From an uncultured Pseudomonadota bacterium (GTDB lineage: Bacteria; JAMCPX01): a stretch of 64,000 bases of DNA. The translations under genes and the position numbers were made by a program. The notes under the pieces were generated by a model that saw nothing but the letters and a program-made list of their open reading frames with translations, was not told where the DNA came from and searched no databases. Shown here piece after piece: positions 39,817 to 47,230 of this stretch. Position 1 is the stretch's first letter; every line of letters begins with the position of its first letter. Location: the NCBI GenBank assembly GCA_964547905.1, contig CAZJPN010000092.1:3911-67910 (forward strand), given 5' to 3'.

Positions 39817-40599
39817 ATGGCTAAGATGGGTATTCTCATTGATATAACCAAATGTATAGGCTGTGGTGCTTGTGAAAAGGCATGTAAGATGCGAAACGAT
39901 CTGCCTCTTGACCTTGAGAATAACCTCTCTGCAACTGCTTATACTGTGGTTCAGGAAAGGCTGCCGAACACCTATGTAAGAAGGATGTGCATGCACTGCG
40001 AGAATCCCACGTGTGTATCGGTCTGCCCTGTGGGTGCCTTCACAAAGACAGCGGCAGGTCCTGTAATATACGATAAGGATAAATGTATCGGCTGCAGGTA
40101 TTGTATGTATTCATGTCCCTTCAGTGTGCCGAAGTACCAATGGGACAGGGTTGTTCCCTACATACAGAAATGCTATATGTGTGCGGACAGGGTTGCAGAA
40201 GGCTCTGAACCGGCATGTACAGCGGCATGCCCGACAGGTGCAAGCATATTCGGTGACAGAGATAATCTCATCGAAGAAGCGCAGAAAAGGATCAAAGACA
40301 ATCCGCATACCTACGTGGATCACATCTATGGGTTGCAGGAAGTAGGCGGCACCTCGGTGCTGTATATTTCAAGTGTTCCGTTTGAGAAACTTGGCGAACC
40401 GTTTAATATAAACCTGCCGGATAAGCCTCTTCCGATGTATACATGGGCTGCCCTGGAAAAGGTACCTACCATCGTGGTAGTGGGCGGAGTCGTATTGACG
40501 GGAATATGGTGGATAACCAGCCGCAGGGATGAGGTTAAAAAGTTCGAAATTAAACGCAAAGAAAAAAAGAAGCTCACCGACAAAGGAGATAAACCATGA
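39817..40599 (+). CDS. HybA/FdnH-like 4x[4Fe-4S] protein with C-terminal TM helix
   Basis: CIGCGACEKAC, CMHCENPTCVSVCP, CIGCRYCMYSCP and KCYMC...PACTAACP clusters; YGLQEVGGT; C-terminal anchor. Confidence 0.9.
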   Translation: MAKMGILIDITKCIGCGACEKACKMRNDLPLDLENNLSATAYTVVQERLPNTYVRRMCMHCENPTCVSVCPVGAFTKTAAGPVIYDKDKCIGCRYCMYSCPFSVPKYQWDRVVPYIQKCYMCADRVAEGSEPACTAACPTGASIFGDRDNLIEEAQKRIKDNPHTYVDHIYGLQEVGGTSVLYISSVPFEKLGEPFNINLPDKPLPMYTWAALEKVPTIVVVGGVVLTGIWWITSRRDEVKKFEIKRKEKKKLTDKGDKP

Positions 40600-40829
40600 A
40601 CATACTCGGTACACTTTTATCAAAACTATTCAACCAAAATACAGCCGATAAACAAGCCTCTGTTGATATAAAGCAAGGACAATTACAGGTGCTGGCAAAC
40701 AGGTTGAAAAAACATAGTGTTTTAACACCAAAGCTCCTGACCGGTGGAGCCATGGTTGCCGGCTTATGGTGGATAACAAAGAGGAGAGACAAGGTCAAAG
40801 AAGCAGAACGGGATAAAAGTATCAAATAA
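40596..40829 (+). CDS. Small membrane protein paralogous to the HybA-like C-terminal tail
   Basis: AGGAG Shine-Dalgarno and ATGA overlap with the upstream gene; GGAMVAGLWWITKRRDKVKE matches GGVVLTGIWWITSRRDEVKK. Confidence 0.7.
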   Translation: MNILGTLLSKLFNQNTADKQASVDIKQGQLQVLANRLKKHSVLTPKLLTGGAMVAGLWWITKRRDKVKEAERDKSIK

Positions 40830-40846
40830 AGGACTGAGAGGTATTT

Positions 40847-41995
40847 ATGAAACTGCCGAAGATAACATTCTGGAGAATTGTAATTGCCGCAATAACAATA
40901 CTCGGTATCTACTATACCATTATACGATACACAAAAGGCCTTGGCGCTGTAACCAACCTGAGCAATAAATACCCGTGGGGGCTATGGGTAGGATTCGACG
41001 TAGTAACCGGTGTAGGCCTTGCAGCAGGTGCGTTTATCATAGCTCTGACTGTCTACATATTCCGCATCGATGACTATAAACCAATCCTGAGACCTGCTAT
41101 ACTTACCGGCTTTTTGGGGTACTCGCTTGTTGCGGTCGGTCTGCTGTATGACCTCGGCAAGTGGTTTGACGTATGGCACCCCATTATTTTCTGGAACCCC
41201 CATTCCGTGATGTTTGAAGTTGCATGGTGTGTTATGCTGTATCTCACGGTCCTTGGACTTGAGTTCAGTACCGTTGTATTTGAACGATTAAAAATGCACA
41301 GGCTTAATCATTTAATCCATATACTCATTATACCGTTGTCCATATTGGGGGTCATACTTTCAACCCTGCATCAATCATCGCTTGGCTCCTTATTCCTCAT
41401 AGTACCTACAAAATTGTACGCACTGTGGTACTCACCGTATCTTCCCTTGTTCTTCTTTATCTCTGCCGTGTCCGTAGGCCTTGCAATGGTGACCATGGAA
41501 TCCTTTCTCAGCATGAGGTTTCTTGGTAAGGGTATAGAGCTCAACCTGCTCAACGGCCTTGCAAGAGTTAACGTGCTTGTCATGGCCTTTTACCTTACCT
41601 TAAAAATACTGGACCTTGCCGGCAGAGGTGTGCTCGGTGATATTATGTCAACACGATTTGAAAGCATCATGTTTGATATAGAGACGCTCGTACAGGTTGT
41701 AATACCGTTCTTGCTGCTTTTGATCCCTGCTGTAAGGACGAGTGCAAAGGGATTGTTTGTTACTTCACTGTTTATCGTGATAGGGTTCATCATGAACAGG
41801 CTTGATGTCGCAATAACGGGGGTAGAGGCCTCATCCGGAACAACGTATTTCCCGGCCTTTGGTGAGATCATGATCTCTGTATTCCTTGTAACCATGGGAT
41901 TCCTGGCTTTTGCCTTTGCTGCAAAGTACCTCAATGTTTTTGTGCATGTTGAGAAAGAAGAGGAAGGACCGGTTGAGATTATCCATGATGTTTAA
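40847..41995 (+). CDS. NrfD/HybB/PsrC-family quinone-reactive membrane subunit
   Basis: YPWGLW..FDV..GV.LAAG, DLGK, SVMFEVAWC and STLHQSSLG motifs; about 10 TM segments. Confidence 0.9.
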   Translation: MKLPKITFWRIVIAAITILGIYYTIIRYTKGLGAVTNLSNKYPWGLWVGFDVVTGVGLAAGAFIIALTVYIFRIDDYKPILRPAILTGFLGYSLVAVGLLYDLGKWFDVWHPIIFWNPHSVMFEVAWCVMLYLTVLGLEFSTVVFERLKMHRLNHLIHILIIPLSILGVILSTLHQSSLGSLFLIVPTKLYALWYSPYLPLFFFISAVSVGLAMVTMESFLSMRFLGKGIELNLLNGLARVNVLVMAFYLTLKILDLAGRGVLGDIMSTRFESIMFDIETLVQVVIPFLLLLIPAVRTSAKGLFVTSLFIVIGFIMNRLDVAITGVEASSGTTYFPAFGEIMISVFLVTMGFLAFAFAAKYLNVFVHVEKEEEGPVEIIHDV

Positions 41996-42278
41996 TACCC
42001 GTAAGAAATTTAAAGTGAATGGAGTTTGTGGATTGATTGATAATCTGTATAGGGAAGAAAGAGTTTTCTCCTCTGTTCGTGAAACAACGCTCTTGTTGCT
42101 AAAGGAAATTGTTACCATAATATGCAGTATGTATTCTTTGATACTGAAAGAGATGTTGTCCATGCAGAGTACTCTGAAAAAATATCAGGCAGTTCATTGG
42201 TGTTTCACTTCACTTCGTATCAAACTCTTTTTTCCCTGCTGTGCTTTTGGTTTAACTTGTCCGATTGGAGGTTACTCT

Positions 42279-42731
42279 ATGAAACTGTATAATGCGAGAA
42301 GATTGCTCCTGATTGTTGCTGTGCTGTCATTGTCTCTGATATCTTATACATCCTCTGTCATGGCCGCGACTCACACGTATGTGGGCGTTGAGGCGTGCAA
42401 GATGTGCCATGAAAACCAGTACAAGATATGGGAAGCAAGCGCCCATGCCAGGGCTTATGACGCTTTACCTGCAAAGGAAAAGACCAACCCTCAATGTCTG
42501 TCCTGTCATACTACCGGCGGAACAGCCGCCTTCCCCAACGTACAGTGTGAGGCGTGCCACGGACCAGGAAGCGATTATGTAGATATGGACACAATGAAAA
42601 ACTTTAAAAAGGTCTGGGACGCCGGGTTAAACCGTCATGCGGCAGAGACCTGCGTAAACTGCCACAACAAAAACAGCCCTACATTCCGGGGCTTTGACTT
42701 CAAAACATACTGGATGGAGATCATGCACTGA
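42279..42731 (+). CDS. Periplasmic tetraheme c-type cytochrome (c554-like)
   Basis: Signal peptide from ATG 42279 (after GGAGG); four CxxCH motifs (CKMCH, CLSCH, CEACH, CVNCH). Confidence 0.88.
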   Translation: MKLYNARRLLLIVAVLSLSLISYTSSVMAATHTYVGVEACKMCHENQYKIWEASAHARAYDALPAKEKTNPQCLSCHTTGGTAAFPNVQCEACHGPGSDYVDMDTMKNFKKVWDAGLNRHAAETCVNCHNKNSPTFRGFDFKTYWMEIMH

Positions 42732-42747
42732 TGGTGAAACCGTCCGG

Positions 42748-43584
42748 TCAGGAGATGAATTCCACATTCACACCGGGTATCAGTTTCAGGTCCGCGGCCT
42801 GTTTGATAAACTCCTGAATACCTGCCCTGCCTTCTTTGCCCGGCTCCAGGGTATAATCGTTTACGTACATCAGGGCAAACTGCTTCACCCTTTTCATATC
42901 CAGGCCTCTGGAATATTTCGCAGCATAGCCCATAGCCTCATCCTCATGGGCAAAACCATAAGCAATACTGTCTTTTATAGCTTGGTTGATTTTATGTTTC
43001 AGTTCTTCATCAAGAGCACGTTTAACCAAATTTATGCCGAGTGGCAGCGGCAGGCTTGTTTTTTCGAGCCACCATTTCCCGAGATCCACAATGATGTTCA
43101 GCCCGTCATCCGCATAGGTGATCTGTCCCTCATGTATGATAAGGCCGGCATGTATTTCTCCGTTTTTAACTGCAGGCATAATCTTGTCAAAAGGTATAAC
43201 CCTGTATTTGAAATTACCCATATACATCTTCAATGCGAGGAGTGCGGATGTGTACTCTCCCGGTACGGCTATTTCCATATCTGGGTTTAGTTTTTTATCC
43301 TTGCTTACCACGATTGGACCATACCCCTTTCCCATACTTGCTCCACAGGATAGTATCTGATAGTCTTTTGCAATGTACGGGTATGCATGCAGTGAAGCCG
43401 CTGTGATATCGAGCAACGGTTGACCGGTGTTTTCCATAGCACGTTTGTTCAGGGTCTCTATATCCGTCAGTACATGCTCAAATTTTATATCCGGTATATG
43501 CAGCTTATTATGCGTAAGCGCATAAAACATAAATGCATCATCAGCATCAGGACTATGCCCTATGGTCAAAACCTGTTCATTCAT
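42748..43584 (-). CDS. mqnD: 1,4-dihydroxy-6-naphthoate synthase (futalosine menaquinone pathway)
   Basis: GHSPDADDAFMF, DIETLN, GYGP, IIHEGQ, LPLPLG and MYVN motifs; likely start ATG 43584. Confidence 0.9.
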   Translation of the reverse strand: MNEQVLTIGHSPDADDAFMFYALTHNKLHIPDIKFEHVLTDIETLNKRAMENTGQPLLDITAASLHAYPYIAKDYQILSCGASMGKGYGPIVVSKDKKLNPDMEIAVPGEYTSALLALKMYMGNFKYRVIPFDKIMPAVKNGEIHAGLIIHEGQITYADDGLNIIVDLGKWWLEKTSLPLPLGINLVKRALDEELKHKINQAIKDSIAYGFAHEDEAMGYAAKYSRGLDMKRVKQFALMYVNDYTLEPGKEGRAGIQEFIKQAADLKLIPGVNVEFIS

Positions 43585-43641
43585 ACATTCTTTTCCTTTT
43601 TGTAGTTTTTTTTGTCTTGTTAATCGAACATCCAACGTTGG

Positions 43642-43977
43642 CTAAAACACCATGGGCAGGTAACCGTCATTGATAAACTGTCCAATGGGATCGCCGACGT
43701 ATTCCAGCTTGAAGCCGAGGGATGTTAATTCCTTACCGATATTGTGCATGTCTGAAATGGCCTTACAGGCAACAGGACTTCCGTTCATGGAAACAATATC
43801 GGCGATGATGGACTGTAATGCCTGATCCGTTGAAGCCAATTTTTCACTTGGTCCGAACAGGATAAGCTTGAGGTCTTCAAACCTTTTATTTTTTATGCTG
43901 TTCTGTACGAACACGAGTGCCCCGAGTGCCTTTTCCTTATTTTCCGTTGAAACTATCACTAAAACCTTTTGCTTCAT
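43642..43977 (-). CDS. DsrE-family protein
   Basis: 111 aa with LILFGPSE, ACKA and YVG..I...I.DGY motifs. Confidence 0.7.
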   Translation of the reverse strand: MKQKVLVIVSTENKEKALGALVFVQNSIKNKRFEDLKLILFGPSEKLASTDQALQSIIADIVSMNGSPVACKAISDMHNIGKELTSLGFKLEYVGDPIGQFINDGYLPMVF

Positions 43978-44151
43978 ATAGTCTCCTTTTCTTTCAAAAT
44001 ATACCGCTGTGTAAAATCATCTTATAGGATGTAGAATAATGTATAATCCATTGTATAAAAAGGCAAGGGTGCCTGCAACACCGATAGAGCGAAAAAAATG
44101 AATTGTGAAATTATGAGAAAAAAGCGATATTTTGCAAACGCATGTTTCTGG

Positions 44152-46290
44152 TTAATTCAAAACACTTACGGGTACAACCGGCAATACCACACTGGAAGGA
44201 TGCGAAGCACCGTTATAAATCGTGGTCACATTGCCGTTGGCACTTGCCTGATCCGGCTTTGTCCACACACCTTCCACCTGGTTGCTGGAACTGATGGCAA
44301 TCTGTAGTCTGTGCCCGGGACGGATCAATGCCGCAGCCGGGAATACTTCCACACGCACCAGTACTGGCTGATTGGGCACCAGCGGCTGTTTGGATGCAAG
44401 GGTAAAGGGATGCCATGGTTGTATCATCACGCCATCGATATACCGGGACCGGCTGGTATCAACCGCGCGGAATGCGGCCGACTGGATTCCCGTGGTAAGC
44501 GGTGTTGCATTGCCGAAAGCATCGACATCGTCGACACGAACGACGATGGCAGCCTCGGAATTGGTCGCGGACATCCAGATGTCTGCCTCTATGGGCCCGT
44601 TGATATAGAAGTTTGAAGTATATGGTGCCGTCGTGTAAATGAGAGCATGCTGTGATTGTTCAACCGTGGTATCATTACTGTAACATGGCAGTGGGAGCAG
44701 ACCCGCTATACCCAGACTCCACTGTACTTCACTGCTGGAACATCCGCTGCCGTCATGAGGAGTTACGAGGGCGTCAAGCATAGTCCCGCCCATGAGCGTA
44801 TTGATAGAGATAGAATCAGGCGCAGAAGGCTCGGCAATGGTGTGGTCGGCTTCATCAAAAGTCGGTGCAGTTATGTTGAGACTCATGTTGCCGTGCAGGT
44901 ACATACGCAGCGGTTGTGCCAGAGGGTTTGGCCAGTCAGTGGTGCTGGCATAGCGCTCGACACCGTTGAGTCCATAGCCTTCGACATACTGGGTAACATT
45001 GGGCATCGATACTGCCCCGATATTGATCCCCTTCAGGTATTGATCAAACCATTGCAGCATGAGGGTCTCGGCACTTGGTGCTCCGTTCGAGACGGAATTG
45101 TCATGATTGATCAGGGAGTCAAGTATGGCTTCCACATGCCCGCCCGGCAGGATAAGCAGCTTGGTCGTGACATTCCGTTTCAACTGCTCGTACAGCAATG
45201 GTTCATCACGCTGGAACAGGTCGTTGCTTCCACCAATAATAAAGGTAGGTACCGTGATAAATCTCGCATTTTCCAAGGGTGAGCGTACTGCCCAGAAAGA
45301 CCCGTCATCGGTGGCGTAGCCCGTAACGCCATCCAGAGATTGGTTAATAGTCGGCAAATACCAGTCATTGATGGCCTCCACGTGCTGCTGGGTGGCAGCT
45401 GCAATCTGTGAAGCATAATTCAGGTGTGCAAGCTCAGCCGGGATATTGGCAACACTGAGGTTCTGGGTCAGTGAGAGCCAGATGCTGATAAAATTGGCGT
45501 TGAGCAATCCGCCAGGTGCGACCGTTGCGCGGTACGGGTCCCCCATAGGAACTTCAGCAAACGCTGCCTTGATTGCAGGGTTCTGCTGCTCTGCGGTCAG
45601 CAGGGTGGTAATCCCAAGGTAAGAGGTACCGGCAACGCCGATATTGCCATTACACCATGGCTGCTGGGTTATCCAGTTCACAACATCTCCGTAGTCCGCC
45701 TGTTCCTGAACACCCAGAAGGTGTGTGATACCGGAAGACATGCCGGTGCCGCGAACATCCACAGCTACCGTAATGTAACCGCGCTTGATCATGAATTGGT
45801 CTTCGCCGCCGATCAGCAGTGTCGTATCAGCGGGTACTATAGTACCCAACAAATTGCCCAGATCGATGCGGTAAGCCGTCTGTGTCAGGATTACCGGGAA
45901 TTTACCTGCAACCGGTTTACCGTTAGCATTGGCCGGGACCGACACCAGCACTGCCAGTTTATCACCGCTTTTTGTCGTGATGAACTGCAGTGGAAGGGTC
46001 ACTGCACCAGTGTAATCGGGGTTGCGTGAATAGTTCGTCCACGTTGCATTGGCATTGATGGTAATAGGCGGATTGGGCTGACTGACTAACGAGCGCGTGC
46101 CCAAAGTAGTTGTCTGTAATGATGAGGTAGTTGTCGATGCGCCGGACACGCTCTGACTGCCGTTTGACACCTGCTGACCGATTGCGCTGTTTGAACCCGA
46201 ACATCCTGCCATAACCAGTATGGCAAAAATACTCATAATTACAAAACCAAAAGACGTATTATTCTTTTTTCTTTTTTGATTCATAATCAT
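44152..46290 (-). CDS. CocE/NonD-family alpha/beta hydrolase, predicted lipoprotein
   Basis: Lipobox VMAG-C, VDVRGTG.S.G, W...QPW.NG, nucleophile elbow GTSYLG and a PepX_C-like domain (GHRLQIAISS). Confidence 0.88.
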   Translation of the reverse strand: MIMNQKRKKNNTSFGFVIMSIFAILVMAGCSGSNSAIGQQVSNGSQSVSGASTTTSSLQTTTLGTRSLVSQPNPPITINANATWTNYSRNPDYTGAVTLPLQFITTKSGDKLAVLVSVPANANGKPVAGKFPVILTQTAYRIDLGNLLGTIVPADTTLLIGGEDQFMIKRGYITVAVDVRGTGMSSGITHLLGVQEQADYGDVVNWITQQPWCNGNIGVAGTSYLGITTLLTAEQQNPAIKAAFAEVPMGDPYRATVAPGGLLNANFISIWLSLTQNLSVANIPAELAHLNYASQIAAATQQHVEAINDWYLPTINQSLDGVTGYATDDGSFWAVRSPLENARFITVPTFIIGGSNDLFQRDEPLLYEQLKRNVTTKLLILPGGHVEAILDSLINHDNSVSNGAPSAETLMLQWFDQYLKGINIGAVSMPNVTQYVEGYGLNGVERYASTTDWPNPLAQPLRMYLHGNMSLNITAPTFDEADHTIAEPSAPDSISINTLMGGTMLDALVTPHDGSGCSSSEVQWSLGIAGLLPLPCYSNDTTVEQSQHALIYTTAPYTSNFYINGPIEADIWMSATNSEAAIVVRVDDVDAFGNATPLTTGIQSAAFRAVDTSRSRYIDGVMIQPWHPFTLASKQPLVPNQPVLVRVEVFPAAALIRPGHRLQIAISSSNQVEGVWTKPDQASANGNVTTIYNGASHPSSVVLPVVPVSVLN

Positions 46291-46378
46291 TCCCCTATTT
46301 ATTTATATGGATATGTTTTTACAGTTTAGTATGATTCTACTTTGTTTATCCTACTTAATATCCTAAAGCTATGAAGAC

Positions 46379-46418
46379 TGTAAATCCCTCATTTAGAACA
46401 TTCAGAAACATTTTTGGG
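46379..46418 (-). promoter_or_regulatory. Shared 40-bp promoter/operator motif (copy 2)
   Basis: 34/40 identical to 32176-32215; same orientation and similar distance from its start codon. Confidence 0.7.
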
Positions 46419-46513
46419 TAATAGGTGGCAATTAGGGATAGATACCTACTGCTGGATGTATAAATCAGGAAAAGACAAAGAAAGAAGCAATAGGCAATGC
46501 AACGCCCTATGAA

Positions 46514-46693
46514 TTAAATGTAAGTTGAAAGATGATTTTGTGCAGCCAACCTGCCCAGCTCTCTGCAGTAGGAAAGATCCCCACTGCCTATGATCTTATC
46601 AAGAGATCTTAACAAATCAGTATAAAACTTATAGGGATACCATTCGGTAACCAACATATGTTCTTGCATATACTTGCGGATTCTGAGGGAAAG
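46514..46693 (-). pseudogene. Gene fragment resembling DUF2378/TIGR02265-like hypothetical proteins
   Basis: Manual translation LSLRIRKYMQEHMLVTEWYPYKFYTDLLRSLDKIIGSGDLSYCRELGRLAAQNHLSTYI*; the 5' side abuts a hairpin. Family assignment is from memory. Confidence 0.45.
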
Positions 46694-46717
46694 GTGTCAA
46701 TTACCTGACACCTTTCC
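46688..46717. repeat. REP-like hairpin AAGGTGTCA...TGACACCTT (copy 1)
   Basis: ggaaaggtgtca-attacc-tgacacctttcc, a 12-bp perfect stem. Confidence 0.7.
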
Positions 46718-46720
46718 GTA

Positions 46721-47014
46721 CTAACGAGGCGAAGCCGGGGCTTTTTTAACGGGGTTTACCGCGGGGGGTGCATTGACAGTCTTGCTCGTGACCAATGCCG
46801 TCCCTATGCCATGGTCATACACCATCATGCCGCCGTAACGTGCTCCAAATCCGATGATACCCGCTGACAGCGCAAACAGAACCAATCGTACAATCCGGTA
46901 CCTGTTTTTCATGACCAATGTCCACAGCGCAGCGGCAATGGCAATGGAACCGCCGATCCCTTCCAGATCGCCGTGGATATTGATTAGGTGGCTGACGGAT
47001 GCAGGGTGCGGCAC
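46721..47014 (-). pseudogene. 5'-truncated DUF2231-type membrane protein gene
   Basis: His-containing TM segments and GARYGGMMVYDHGIG; the usual N-terminal HP...VHFP part is absent. Confidence 0.55.
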
Positions 47015-47072
47015 ACTATTTATTTATTCAAGGGGACGAATCAAGTTATGTAGAATCTAACCATAGATTGAA

Positions 47073-47106
47073 AAGGTGTCAGGCCTTGACAGGCTGTTGA
47101 CACCTT
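47073..47106. repeat. REP-like hairpin AAGGTGTCA...TGACACCTT (copy 2)
   Basis: aaggtgtca-N16-tgacacctt. Confidence 0.65.
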
Positions 47107-47230
47107 CCCTTACTTTCTATTTTTTATCAGGCATTGTAGTGCCCTCCCGTGTGCCGGGGGAAATGAGAAGAAAGCCGTACCTTTCCATATTATATTGAAC
47201 AAACCATGCTGTATATGCTAATTGCTCTCT

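Noticed and set aside
39817-41995. Hydrogenase-2 operon
   Set aside because: No NiFe large or small subunit and no maturation genes are present.
41910-42278. 123-aa N-terminal extension of the cytochrome c ORF
   Set aside because: A GGAGG Shine-Dalgarno and signal peptide begin at 42279. The extension overlaps nrfD and looks non-coding; no family was recognisable in the frames of 41996-42278 that I translated.
42694-43290. 198-aa plus-strand ORF after the cytochrome gene
   Set aside because: It is antisense to mqnD, which has strong family motifs.
47071-47188. Short minus-strand ORF MERYGFLLISPGTREG...
   Set aside because: Under 40 codons, runs into a repeat hairpin, and has no recognisable family.
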